Assembly (NCBI GenBank): GCA_963542015.1
Contig: CAUTUX010000002.1
Span: forward strand, 29,415 to 93,414
From: an uncultured Clostridia bacterium
Lineage (GTDB): Bacteria > Bacillota > Clostridia > Christensenellales > CAG-917
Reading direction: 5' to 3'
Length of the DNA: 64,000 nt
The translations under genes and the position numbers were made by a program. Below are positions 46,208 through 56,715 of the stretch, one piece after another (the stretch's first letter is position 1; every line of letters begins with the position of its first letter). The notes under the pieces were generated by a model. The model saw only the letters and a list, made by a program, of their open reading frames with translations, was not told the DNA's origin and did no database searches.

Positions 46208-48180
46208 TCAGCATCTCCCATACTTTCAAGCAACACTTCTTTCTTTTCTTCCTTTGTGAGTTTCTTGCCTTTCTTCAAAACTACTCCATCTCCATATCTA
46301 ACGAACAACATTATGATAATTGCTATGAATACACATATTGCAGAGTAGAGAAACAAAAATTTAGAACCAAATTTATCCATTACCGCTCCCGCTATAAATG
46401 GAGTTATCGCCTGAGCTGACATTGTGGCAGCATAATAATACCCAGTATATTTTCCTATACTTCCCTCACTAGACAATTCAACGACCATCGGGAATGTGTT
46501 TACATTTGCGATTATAAGTCCAAAACTGGCAACCAAATAAAACAATGCAAACAGCGTTGCTTTTATAGCATCACCGCTAGCACCGCCTTTTTCAGATGCT
46601 TTTTTGATTATTGGTATAAATATTAGGAGAAAAGCAATCGTAGCACATATGAAGCCTACTATAATTGACTTTCTCCTCCCTATTCTTGTTGCCATAATTC
46701 CTACAGGAATGAATGCAATGGCACTTATTCCCATACTTACACCAACTATTGCCGCTGCAACTACAGGTCTCAAATTTAGTTCCTTTACACAATAAATAGA
46801 TATGTTTGATGACACTGCATTAAATCCCATAAACCACATAAATATAGAACCTAGAATTAATATAAAACTCAGCAACTTTGCTTTCTCTAGTTTTTTCTTT
46901 TTTTCTTCTTCTGACAGTCCTTTCATCTTGCTGTAGAATTTTTCTTCTATCTTTTTTGTTAACGAGACTGTTCTGTCATCACCTGGCTCTTCTTTAATTT
47001 TTTCTAATTCTTCTTTTTCAATATCTTCATCTGTTATCCCAAATTCTTCGCAAATTTTTAGATATGAATCTTTTAACTTTGGTTCTCGCACAAATCCTAT
47101 AAAGAAGCATAATAGTGCAAGCATTGCAATTGCTACGGCTGAAAAAATAATTGTATATGTAAAGAATTGTGCTGGCTTAATAAGAGCGATGGTGTATATA
47201 AGAAATGCTATCGCACCTCCTACTCCTCCCATAAGGTTGATCATTGCGTTTGCCTGCGATCTTAATGGCTTTGGTGTTACATCTGGCATTAATGCTACCG
47301 CTGGTGACCTAAAGGACGCCATGGCTACAAGCACAATTAGCAATATTACCATATATATTCCGAGCATTATTTTACTTTTTTTATCATGCTGTACTCCATT
47401 CCAAATTTGCTCTGATATATATACGTTCATTCCAGATTCAACATATTTTTTGTAATCTTCATTACCTTTAATGATGTCCGCTATCTTTTTTTCACCTTTT
47501 TTTGTGACTATTGAACCCTTTACATCAACAATTGTTCCCGATTTTGCGACCACTGTTTCTTTCCCACTTGGATCCTTATATCTAACATCAGCACCTTGTG
47601 GATTTTTATATTTATATGCCTTCTTTCCGTATTGTTTTTTTTCAGCACCCTTTAATTTTTCGTTTACCAAGTTCGCATCATATCTAATTTTTAAATAATC
47701 ATCTTTTTCTATTTTATTTATTTTTAAATATGTTGTATCACAGTATTTCCTATCACCATAAAACTTGTTGAGCAATTCATTCATCTTTCCTTCATCATTC
47801 AATTCTTTAACAATGTCTTGCCTTATTCCCATACCTTTACCTAATGATGAATGTGATGAAATCGGAACAAATATCATCAAAACTGCAGATACAATCGTGC
47901 CAATAAATATAAATGGAGTCCTCTTCCCATACCTCTTTGACAGTTTTCCTTCTGATTTGTCTGATAACTTTCCGAAGACTGGAAGCAAAAACAAAGATAA
48001 TAGGTTGTCTAATCCCATTATTAGTCCTCTCATCTTGTTATCCAACCCGTACGCATGTTCGAGAAGTAATGGCATTACAAAATCATATGCAGTCCAGAAT
48101 ACCATTATTATTGCAAATGCAATCCCTACTTTTATTGTTTGTGGATAGTTGAGTTTCAACTTCTTATCATTTCCGCTCAT
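46204..48180 (-). CDS. MFS transporter with large hydrophilic insertions
   Basis: 658 aa. MFS-like TMs are interrupted by a K-rich hydrophilic segment of about 150 aa and a long E/K-rich central loop. Confidence 0.6.
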   Translation of the reverse strand: MSGNDKKLKLNYPQTIKVGIAFAIIMVFWTAYDFVMPLLLEHAYGLDNKMRGLIMGLDNLLSLFLLPVFGKLSDKSEGKLSKRYGKRTPFIFIGTIVSAVLMIFVPISSHSSLGKGMGIRQDIVKELNDEGKMNELLNKFYGDRKYCDTTYLKINKIEKDDYLKIRYDANLVNEKLKGAEKKQYGKKAYKYKNPQGADVRYKDPSGKETVVAKSGTIVDVKGSIVTKKGEKKIADIIKGNEDYKKYVESGMNVYISEQIWNGVQHDKKSKIMLGIYMVILLIVLVAMASFRSPAVALMPDVTPKPLRSQANAMINLMGGVGGAIAFLIYTIALIKPAQFFTYTIIFSAVAIAMLALLCFFIGFVREPKLKDSYLKICEEFGITDEDIEKEELEKIKEEPGDDRTVSLTKKIEEKFYSKMKGLSEEEKKKKLEKAKLLSFILILGSIFMWFMGFNAVSSNISIYCVKELNLRPVVAAAIVGVSMGISAIAFIPVGIMATRIGRRKSIIVGFICATIAFLLIFIPIIKKASEKGGASGDAIKATLFALFYLVASFGLIIANVNTFPMVVELSSEGSIGKYTGYYYAATMSAQAITPFIAGAVMDKFGSKFLFLYSAICVFIAIIIMLFVRYGDGVVLKKGKKLTKEEKKEVLLESMGDAD

Positions 48181-48198
48181 AATATCTCCCCGATATGT

Positions 48199-49926
48199 TT
48201 ATTTTAAATCTAAAAACTTAATTTTTTTCAATTCGCAATAAACTTTATCTATATCTACTTTTGAATATTCGTTCGGAACTTTTAAGTCTGCAATAGTTTT
48301 GATTACTTTTTCTACATTATCAAAGTAGTATTCAACAACTGATGCACTCAGTGTTGTTATTTTAGTTCTATACATATCAGACTTTTCATTTATTTTTTCT
48401 CTAACACTCTTTGTTAATGCCCTAACTCTTTCGGCATTGATGTCTCTCTCGTAATGAACATGTTCTGTGCCATTAATATCTGCACATGCATTGTACATAT
48501 TAACGATATTATCAAGTTTCCAGCCTGCATACATGTTTTGTTTTAAAATTCTTTTCTTTATATTTTCGTTATATAGCAGTGCAAGGCTTCTCTTATTTAT
48601 CATTCTTACATAAGCCTTTCTTAACAGTTTCTCTTGTATTCTATCTGAAAGCATTTTATTTATATCGTTATCTATCTCATTGTATACAACTGCATTCATA
48701 AGCATTGCAACATAAGCATACGACTCTGGAATATCTCCAGTATTTATGTCATTTTGTATTCTATTTACTATTTTATTTTTAGCATCATTCTCACTGTGCA
48801 TTCTTAATATGAATTTTGATATTGGAATAGCAAACAGGGTCGATATATCATCGTGGTCTTTATTGTTTTTTATAAGCTGAAGAATCTTATATATATCTCC
48901 AGCAAGATCGGCAGTTGCATCATCAAGAACTTCTTTTCCTTTTTTCATACCATCAACAAAAAGTCTCGAATACTGCATTGCATAATTAAAAACATCTAAG
49001 TAATCAACTGCACTATTTATAATTCCAGAAGGTATCATAGCCCGATTGAATGATTCGGTAATCTGCATGATCGTCTTTGTCATGTTGCGACCTTGTGCTG
49101 ATTCAACCCTTTCATAAAGTTCTATCATATTGTTGATAACTAGTTTCAAGTATTTATTTATTTCATCTGCTGTTGCGTCTTCTAATATGCCATTTGCTAA
49201 ACTTTCAATTTTTTTAATGTTTCCTTTTGATTCAAGAAAAAAACTTAAAAACTTATTTGAAATTGGTTCGTCTGCTATTTTAGATATTGTTTCAACAAAG
49301 TCGCCAATTGTTTCCTTTTCTCGTTTGAATGTTTCAATTGTTTCCTTGTCCTTATTTAGAATATTCAATGAATTCTTCAATTCTTCCAAGATACTTATGC
49401 CTTCTCCCATAGACGCCTTATTTGTTGTCTTTGCTAATAACTTATTGGCTTTCACTAGATGTTTTTCCACGAAGTTGTTATTGAGCAACTCATCTAACAT
49501 ACTTACAAACAAACTCTTTATATTTACCGAATTCAACTGTATTCCCTTCAATGCATCAACTATTGACTTATTTAGAAAGTTTAAATCCGTAATTGCGTTA
49601 CTGGTATCTTCTTTAGAAAACATTTCGGCAATCTTTTTTATTTGCCCTTCTTTTAAATCGCTTTTTCTTATAACATTACCATAAAAATCAGCCCATGCTT
49701 TTGCAACAATGTACTTGCCTGGATCGCTCATTTTTCTAATTTCATTATCTTTTTTGTTGTTTGTGAAACCTTTATCGTAAATCTTTAATATGCTCTCTTG
49801 AAATTCATTTACGGCTTTTTCTCTTGGCTTTACTTTCTTTGTACAGGATACTGAAACTAATAAAGAAAAAAGTAATAAGACAATCGTAGAAACTGTTAAT
49901 ATATTTCTATTCCGCACCCTTTTCAT
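48199..49926 (-). CDS. lipoprotein, all-helical-looking, unknown function
   Basis: Lipobox LLVSVSC. 575 aa. ATGA overlap with the upstream permease. Confidence 0.6.
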   Translation of the reverse strand: MKRVRNRNILTVSTIVLLLFSLLVSVSCTKKVKPREKAVNEFQESILKIYDKGFTNNKKDNEIRKMSDPGKYIVAKAWADFYGNVIRKSDLKEGQIKKIAEMFSKEDTSNAITDLNFLNKSIVDALKGIQLNSVNIKSLFVSMLDELLNNNFVEKHLVKANKLLAKTTNKASMGEGISILEELKNSLNILNKDKETIETFKREKETIGDFVETISKIADEPISNKFLSFFLESKGNIKKIESLANGILEDATADEINKYLKLVINNMIELYERVESAQGRNMTKTIMQITESFNRAMIPSGIINSAVDYLDVFNYAMQYSRLFVDGMKKGKEVLDDATADLAGDIYKILQLIKNNKDHDDISTLFAIPISKFILRMHSENDAKNKIVNRIQNDINTGDIPESYAYVAMLMNAVVYNEIDNDINKMLSDRIQEKLLRKAYVRMINKRSLALLYNENIKKRILKQNMYAGWKLDNIVNMYNACADINGTEHVHYERDINAERVRALTKSVREKINEKSDMYRTKITTLSASVVEYYFDNVEKVIKTIADLKVPNEYSKVDIDKVYCELKKIKFLDLK

Positions 49927-52325
49927 TCCCTTATATTATAACTTGACCCATATTTCAGTACAATAGGAGCAATTGTATAACAGGCAAAGAAAGTAATTGA
50001 TATTACAAGGGGTATCCACCATATGAAGGTATATGAGAATAACATGCCTAAAAGCCTCAAAGAATCAATCAAAAACATCATTCCAAAAACACTTCCAACA
50101 ATAGCCATAATTGAGGATATGGCAGCAAGCATGCCATTTTCTAAAATTTCTATTTTTAAAAGATCTTTCGAGCATCCTCCAACCTGTATAAATATTTGTC
50201 GTTCTTTTTTAAACTTTTGTCGTTCCATGTATGACATTCCATTTATTAAAAACAAACTAAATACTAATACCGCTCCAGCTACAAATCCCATAAAATTAAA
50301 AATTGAATTGGTAGAGCTTGCTTCCCATTTAAATGCATCAAGTGCTGAAACTGCGTAATAGTTTTTCTCTACCATAGCGTTGCGAATGTTGCTGACAAAA
50401 TCATTCATATTCTTTCCACTTGGTTTTTTTAAAATAAATGTGTTTGCTCTTTCTCCAAATAGCTCTTTGATATTTTCATGCTTCATTATTGTATAATTGC
50501 CAGCAAACAGTGTATGCGAAACGAATCCAACAACCTCACACTCTCTATCTTTGCCATTTATATTTAGAGTAACTTTATCTCCAACCTTCAATCCGTAAAG
50601 TTCTTTTTTAGAACTATCCATGACAACCGCATTTTTTTTGTTTAACATCTCGAGTATTTCTTCTCTACTTTTATCGGTATACTTGAAATCAACGAAATCT
50701 AAAATATCTGCACTGCCAAGAACCATTGATGAGAATTTTAATTTGCCGTTCCTTACTTCTCCCTTCCCCCAGTACGCCTTAGTCCCTTTATCATAATCAA
50801 TATTTTTATTTTTAAAATCTTCAAGCTTTGCACTTTCTCTAATGTTAGTAACGAAGGCAAAGTCTCTAAAGTCGTTTAAATATGAATTGAATATTTTTTT
50901 ACTAACTCCAAAACCACTAAAGAGTAACGCTGTTATTAAAACAGCAACGAACAAACCAACGGCTAGCGATGTGTGTCGTTTCTGTGTTCCGACAGAACCT
51001 GTTGCAAGTTTCACAATCGGATTTTTTAAATGTTTGTTTTTCCTAAACAATCCTATAAATACTGCCGTCATTAAAGATAAGGCAACAAACATCATTAATA
51101 TCCCTGGAATCGCCAGTGCTTTTCTTATTGTTGGAATTGCAATTTCCACTGATACAAAAACAAGCCACACAACAATAGAAATAATTGCAACAATTAATAT
51201 TGCTTTATAATCATCTCTATATTTGTTAACTTGTTTCTTCTCATTATTTTTTCTCTTTTGTGCTCCAAACAGAAAGCTTAAAGCTATACTCAACAATACC
51301 CCTGCTATTGGTATTAATGTCGCTTGTACTGGTTGAACTTTAAATGTAGATATACTTTTCAAAGTTCCAAATGCTGTCAATGCAGTGATTGCTATTCCAA
51401 AAATTATTCCAAACAGTGCTGCGATTAATGACATTATCAATGATTCATAAAAGAATATTGTCACTATATCTTTTTTTGTTGCTCCTATCTGCCGAAGTTT
51501 TTTATTGTATGTTTTCCTTCCTCTATTCAACAACATGAATAATAAGAAATAACTTATTATTGCTAGCCCAATTACAATAGGTCCAGCAACAACCATTGGA
51601 GCAACTATTGTATCTGTTTGCTCTTTTATGTATTGGTTGTCTCCTGTTCTTTTAACTTGAAAATCCTTATATTTTTCTTTCAATTCCGCTAATGCACTAT
51701 CTGTGGGTACCCCTTTATTCAACTTTACATACAATTCATTATATATAAGTCCTGTTTCTCCAATGAGATGTGCAATTCCATCTTGTATAACTCCAAGGAT
51801 TACATTTGGATTATCTTTAATAAAGTATCCTTTGTTTTTTGCTATCCCGACAACATAGTAGTCTCTAATTGTTGTGCCTGACTTTAATGTTATTGTATCT
51901 CCAATCTTCAACTTAAACTTTTTTGCTGTGCTCTGTGAAATAATAACTTCGTTAGGATTCCTGATGTTTTTTGTGCCTTTATAAATTTCTATTGTTTTAT
52001 TGTTGCTTATGTCTTCTTGTCTCATTCCCCTAGCATTAACATATTGTTGACCATATTGCGGATATAATGACAATGTTGGAATAAACTTGTACTTTGATGA
52101 AGTTTGCTCATATGATGTTATTCTTGAAGACCCGCTGTTAGGCAAGATTGTTATATCACTTCCGTTTGCTGTTGAAACTTCATATTCATTTATATAGTCA
52201 TTAATAATTGGTCTGAATGAAGCCATGGCAAATACCATTGCAACGATGATACTAATTGAAAATATAACCAATACCGTATTAGAAAGTTTTGACTTTAAGT
52301 TTTTTGCTGCCAGTTTAAATAACAT
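49923..52325 (-). CDS. FtsX/MacB-type ABC permease (two FtsX modules)
   Basis: 800 aa. Two TM clusters each follow a large external domain. 11-nt overlap with the ATPase gene. Confidence 0.75.
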   Translation of the reverse strand: MLFKLAAKNLKSKLSNTVLVIFSISIIVAMVFAMASFRPIINDYINEYEVSTANGSDITILPNSGSSRITSYEQTSSKYKFIPTLSLYPQYGQQYVNARGMRQEDISNNKTIEIYKGTKNIRNPNEVIISQSTAKKFKLKIGDTITLKSGTTIRDYYVVGIAKNKGYFIKDNPNVILGVIQDGIAHLIGETGLIYNELYVKLNKGVPTDSALAELKEKYKDFQVKRTGDNQYIKEQTDTIVAPMVVAGPIVIGLAIISYFLLFMLLNRGRKTYNKKLRQIGATKKDIVTIFFYESLIMSLIAALFGIIFGIAITALTAFGTLKSISTFKVQPVQATLIPIAGVLLSIALSFLFGAQKRKNNEKKQVNKYRDDYKAILIVAIISIVVWLVFVSVEIAIPTIRKALAIPGILMMFVALSLMTAVFIGLFRKNKHLKNPIVKLATGSVGTQKRHTSLAVGLFVAVLITALLFSGFGVSKKIFNSYLNDFRDFAFVTNIRESAKLEDFKNKNIDYDKGTKAYWGKGEVRNGKLKFSSMVLGSADILDFVDFKYTDKSREEILEMLNKKNAVVMDSSKKELYGLKVGDKVTLNINGKDRECEVVGFVSHTLFAGNYTIMKHENIKELFGERANTFILKKPSGKNMNDFVSNIRNAMVEKNYYAVSALDAFKWEASSTNSIFNFMGFVAGAVLVFSLFLINGMSYMERQKFKKERQIFIQVGGCSKDLLKIEILENGMLAAISSIMAIVGSVFGMMFLIDSLRLLGMLFSYTFIWWIPLVISITFFACYTIAPIVLKYGSSYNIRE

Positions 52326-52989
52326 CTGTTATTTTCCCGTTTTCTACTTTTATTATTTTTTCAGCATATTTCGCTTGTTCATCAGAGTGGGTAACCATTA
52401 CTACAGCAACTCCATATTTGACATTCATTTCCTTTAACAATCTCATCACTGCTTCGCCTCTTTTTTTGTCTAGGCTTGCTGTTGGCTCATCCAAAAATAT
52501 TATCTGTGGATTTATAGCCATTGCCCTTACTATGGCAACCCTTTGCTGTTCTCCTCCACTTAATTCGTTTGGATGTTTGTCCGCCTTTTCTTCTATCTCA
52601 AAGAATTTCATCAATTCTTTTATTTTCTCTTTAGATTCTTGAACTCTCTTAGATAATACTAACGGTAATTCTATATTTTCAAGCACCGTCATTGTGTCTA
52701 TTAGGTTGTCTTTCTGATATACAAATGAGAAGTACTCTCGTCTCATTTGCGATAATTTCTTATCACTCATTTTATTTATATCTTCACCGTTTATTGTAAC
52801 TACGCCTCCAGTCGGTTGCTCAATTCCAGATAGAACATGAAGGAGAGTACTCTTCCCGCATCCGCTATCTCCTACAATTGATATAAATTCCCCTGCGTGT
52901 AAAGTAAAGTTTATATTATCCAATATCACATTGCCTTTTTCATATTCCTTTGTGATATTTTCAGCCTTCAGTATTTCATTATGTTTCAA
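52315..52989 (-). CDS. ABC ATP-binding protein (MacB/LolD-like)
   Basis: GDSGCGKST, LSGGEQQRVAIVRA, IIFLDEPT. TTG start with AAAGGGGA SD. Confidence 0.88.
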   Translation of the reverse strand: MKHNEILKAENITKEYEKGNVILDNINFTLHAGEFISIVGDSGCGKSTLLHVLSGIEQPTGGVVTINGEDINKMSDKKLSQMRREYFSFVYQKDNLIDTMTVLENIELPLVLSKRVQESKEKIKELMKFFEIEEKADKHPNELSGGEQQRVAIVRAMAINPQIIFLDEPTASLDKKRGEAVMRLLKEMNVKYGVAVVMVTHSDEQAKYAEKIIKVENGKITDVI

Positions 52990-53141
52990 ATTTATCCCCT
53001 TTTATATTAGATTAATATGCCATCACTATTTCTTTATCACTTTCATTTTTCGTCATCCGCAAGTTTAAAAGTTTCAACACATTATCCTTTTATATTTTTA
53101 ATATATTTTTAAGATCCTCTTTCGTTGTAAATTTTAATTTA

Positions 53142-54179
53142 TTATTCACCATCCCTTCGTAGTGCTCTAATTATACTTTTACCCAACTCCATAGCTAAGT
53201 TACACGGAACTGCATTGCCGATCTGTTTATATTGTGAAGCAACTGTTCCTACAAACTCCCATTCATCAGGAAATGATTGTATTCTTGCGTTCTCTCTTAT
53301 GCTAAATGGCCTTACTTCTAGCGGGTAGCATCGCTCTGTTTGTTTCATCTGTGGTGTCGTCAAAACTGTTAGCCCTGGTTCATATAAACTTAGCCTTCTT
53401 AATATGCCTGTTTTACCTCCACCCATAAACCAGCTTTTTTTCATGTACTTTTTTGCAATATCTCTATCAATATCTCTCCAGTATCCGCTTGGTGGCACAA
53501 GAGCAAATATTGCCCTTTTTTCACTAGAGTATCTTGCACATTCGCTTTGAGGAACATCCTTTAATACATCTTTTAAAACCAATTGTCTATTATGCTTACG
53601 AGGAAACTCAATTTTGACTGTTGATGTTAGATCATTTCTTATACCTATTACAATCAACCTTTCTCTCTTTTGTGCAACTTCATAATCCAGTGCGTTTAAA
53701 ACTGCATATTGTACTGCATATCCTTGATCTTCAAAAATATTAAAAATGGTTTTAAATGTTTTTCCTTTATCATGCGTTAACAACCCTCTAACAATTTCAA
53801 AAACAAACATCTTTGGCTGAAGTTTGTTCAGAAAAGTTGCGTAGTGATAAAACATTGTTCCTCTTATGTCTTCCAATCCTAATCTCTTACCTGCATAGCT
53901 AAAACTTTGACAAGGGGCTCCACCAGACAATAAATCTAATTCTCCTTTGCTTATCTCAAACTCTTTTTCTAAATCTCTCGAAGCAACATTTTCAATATTC
54001 TCGCATACAACATTCCATTTTGATCTGTTTGTTTTTAAAGTACATGCTGCAAATTTATCAAATTCTATAAGCCCAATATGATTAAAACCAGCCATTTTTA
54101 AGCCAAGAGCCAATCCCCCTGCTCCAGCAAACAACTCAATACTTTGATATTTTGTCGTTTCTTGTTTTCTCTTTTCCAT
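53142..54179 (-). CDS. DNA (cytosine-5) methyltransferase, solitary; motif VI reads EIV instead of ENV
   Basis: ELFAGAGGLALG (I), GGAPCQSFS (IV), FEIVRGL (VI, codon ATT), QKRERLIVIG (VIII), IRENARIQSFPDEW (IX), GNAVP (X). No nuclease-like neighbour. Confidence 0.8.
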   Translation of the reverse strand: MEKRKQETTKYQSIELFAGAGGLALGLKMAGFNHIGLIEFDKFAACTLKTNRSKWNVVCENIENVASRDLEKEFEISKGELDLLSGGAPCQSFSYAGKRLGLEDIRGTMFYHYATFLNKLQPKMFVFEIVRGLLTHDKGKTFKTIFNIFEDQGYAVQYAVLNALDYEVAQKRERLIVIGIRNDLTSTVKIEFPRKHNRQLVLKDVLKDVPQSECARYSSEKRAIFALVPPSGYWRDIDRDIAKKYMKKSWFMGGGKTGILRRLSLYEPGLTVLTTPQMKQTERCYPLEVRPFSIRENARIQSFPDEWEFVGTVASQYKQIGNAVPCNLAMELGKSIIRALRRDGE

Positions 54180-54301
54180 TATATGAAAACCCTAATCCAT
54201 AGACTCAATTTTGCACAAATAAAAGCAATCGCTATTTATGCTGTTATTACCAATTATATCATTCTTGCTTTTACTTTTTTATAATATGTCATCAAAGCAT
54301 C

Positions 54302-55417
54302 TCATGATTTCCACTCGACTTCATATAAAATATTTCCTTTTTTTTCTTTCACATTCCACATGTCATGCCATCCCTTTGGCTTTTCATCTACCTTTATTCC
54401 ACATTTTATCTTTTCTAACTTATGACAATGTGCAAATGCTCTTTCTCCAATCTCCGTTACTGTAGATGGAATTGTTAATGATTCAATTGAAAGCTTTCTA
54501 AATGCTTGATTACCTATTTTCTTTAATCCTTCATTTAGTGTTAATGTCTTTAATTTCATATTTGCTTCAAATGCAGATGCCCCTATTTCTTCTACTGTCT
54601 TAGGAATTGTTAGCGTTGATATCTTACTACCATAAAATGCCAAATCATCTATTTTTGTTAAGCCTTCATTCAATGTAACTTCTTGTAGGCTTTCACAATC
54701 TGCAAATGCTTCATACCCTATCTCTTTAACATTGCTAGGAATATTGATTGATTCAATTGCTGTTTCTCTAAATGCTTGCTCGCTAATATTTTTTAGTCCT
54801 TCGCTTAGAGTAACCGTTTTAAGTTTTTTGCAACTATCACATATTCTAGATCCAATTTCTTCAACACTTTTTGGCATTGTTAAGCCTGTGATTGAAGTAC
54901 GATAAAAAGCATGGTCCCCAATTTTCTTCAATCCTTCTTTCATTGTTACAGCTTGTAGATTTGAGCATTCCGCAAAAGCTCCTTCTTCTATTTCTTGAAT
55001 TGTCTCAGGTATTTCTACGCTTCCCAACGAAGCATTACCCTCAAATGCATTATTAGAAATTTTAATTACTTTCTCACCTTTATATTGGTTTGGAATTTTA
55101 ACATCATTAAAATAGCTATTAGCAAATTCATCTGGTAGCTCGCCTCCAGGAAACTCATCCTCTGGATTTGGAAACTCTGGCTGTTGTACGACTCCTTTGT
55201 ATTTTTTTACAGCATATCCGCCATCTATTTTTTCCATATCAAACAATTTTTCTATTTCTTCATCTGTTGTCTGTTTCTGCTTCTCTGGTTTTTTTTGCTC
55301 TGCTTCTTTTCCATTTTGTTTTGATTTTTCTGGGGTTTTGTTTCCACAACCAAAAAGGCTCATCGTTAATATAAACATTAAGGTTAAAAATATTCCAGTC
55401 TTTAAAAATTTATTCAC
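54302..55417 (-). CDS. BspA-type leucine-rich-repeat (LRR_5) lipoprotein
   Basis: GTG start with GGAGGA SD and lipobox LFGCGN. Repeated units of the form L..VTL.EGLKKIG..AF....I.SLTIP..V.EIG..AF. Confidence 0.75.
   Translation of the reverse strand: MNKFLKTGIFLTLMFILTMSLFGCGNKTPEKSKQNGKEAEQKKPEKQKQTTDEEIEKLFDMEKIDGGYAVKKYKGVVQQPEFPNPEDEFPGGELPDEFANSYFNDVKIPNQYKGEKVIKISNNAFEGNASLGSVEIPETIQEIEEGAFAECSNLQAVTMKEGLKKIGDHAFYRTSITGLTMPKSVEEIGSRICDSCKKLKTVTLSEGLKNISEQAFRETAIESINIPSNVKEIGYEAFADCESLQEVTLNEGLTKIDDLAFYGSKISTLTIPKTVEEIGASAFEANMKLKTLTLNEGLKKIGNQAFRKLSIESLTIPSTVTEIGERAFAHCHKLEKIKCGIKVDEKPKGWHDMWNVKEKKGNILYEVEWKS
54383..55090 (-). repeat. intragenic tandem LRR-coding repeats
   Basis: About five double-LRR units are visible in the translated protein. 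The boundaries are approximate. Confidence 0.6.
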
Positions 55418-55709
55418 CTAAATTCCTCCAAAATTCGTTAACTGCTTTATATTACCATTATTTTGGCTTTTCTGTCGCCTATTTATAGTTTTAAGCCACG
55501 AATAACCACGGCTTGAAAATAAATTTATATGTTGAATTTGCTATGTTATTAGATTAGACCACCTAAATCTTGTCAAAATTTTTCTCATCAAACTGCTTGT
55601 ATTCTAATAACTATATAAACAATACTTATATAACATTACAAAACCGCTAATTGATTGCGGCACGCTGCTATTTGTGTTAGACTAAACAAATAAAAGAGGC
55701 GAGGTTAAA

Positions 55710-56675
55710 ATGTTAAAGTGTGCTTCCTTTTTTTCTGGTGTAGGCGGTATTGATAAAGGCTTTGAGGCAAACAGTACTTTTAGTGTAGTATACGCTAATG
55801 AGATTGATCCTTATCCAATAAAAACATATGAATTAAATTCAAAAATAAAAGTAGACTGCCGAGATATTCGCAAAATAGAACCTAATGAAATCCCTGACTT
55901 TGATGTATTACTGGCCGGTTTCCCTTGCCAAGCATTTAGCGTTGCTGGGAATAGACAAGGGTTTCATGATGAAAAAGGTCGGGGTACATTATTTTTTGAG
56001 TTGGTAAGGTTTATAAATGAAAAAAAACCTTCTATTGTGTTTCTTGAAAATGTTAAAAATTTAGTTGGGCATGATGGTGGAAATACTTTTGCTGTAATTA
56101 TAGAAACTTTGCAAAATCAGGGATATTATATTAAACACGCTGTTTTAAATGCTATGGAGTACGGAAATGTGCCTCAAAATAGAGAAAGAATATATATAGT
56201 AGCTTTCAAAAATCTAGATACTTATAGAAATTTTAATTTCCCTATGCCAATAGTTTTAAATAAAAAATTGACCGACATTATTGATTTCAATAAAAAAGTT
56301 GATGATAGATACTACTACACTAAAGGAAAGTATAAGGGTGACATCTATGAAAAACTCTCTACTGCTATGGATGACGCTAATGCAATTTACCAATGGCGAA
56401 GAACTTATGTTAGAAAAAATAAAAGCGGTGTTGTTCCTACTCTTACAGCAAACCAGGGAGAAGGAGGTCACAATGTATGCTTAATAAAAACAATTAATGG
56501 AATTAGAAAAATGACCCCACACGAATGTTTCAATACGCAAGGATTTAGTCCAAACTTTAAATTACCTAAAGATATAAGTGATGCCAAGCTTTATAAACAG
56601 GCTGGCAATTCGGTTTGTGTTTCCGTTATCGAAAGAATTGCAAACAACATTGCAAGTGCATTAGGCGAAACATAA
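55710..56675 (+). CDS. DNA (cytosine-5) methyltransferase (M subunit of a type II R-M pair)
   Basis: FFSGVGGIDKGF (I), AGFPCQAFS (IV), ENVKNL (VI), QNRERIYIVAF (VIII), GNSV (X). SD is GAGGCGAGG. Confidence 0.85.
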   Translation: MLKCASFFSGVGGIDKGFEANSTFSVVYANEIDPYPIKTYELNSKIKVDCRDIRKIEPNEIPDFDVLLAGFPCQAFSVAGNRQGFHDEKGRGTLFFELVRFINEKKPSIVFLENVKNLVGHDGGNTFAVIIETLQNQGYYIKHAVLNAMEYGNVPQNRERIYIVAFKNLDTYRNFNFPMPIVLNKKLTDIIDFNKKVDDRYYYTKGKYKGDIYEKLSTAMDDANAIYQWRRTYVRKNKSGVVPTLTANQGEGGHNVCLIKTINGIRKMTPHECFNTQGFSPNFKLPKDISDAKLYKQAGNSVCVSVIERIANNIASALGET

Positions 56676-56715
56676 AATAAAAAACTCTTCTATAAAATTA
56701 TAACTTTCTTTTTTA

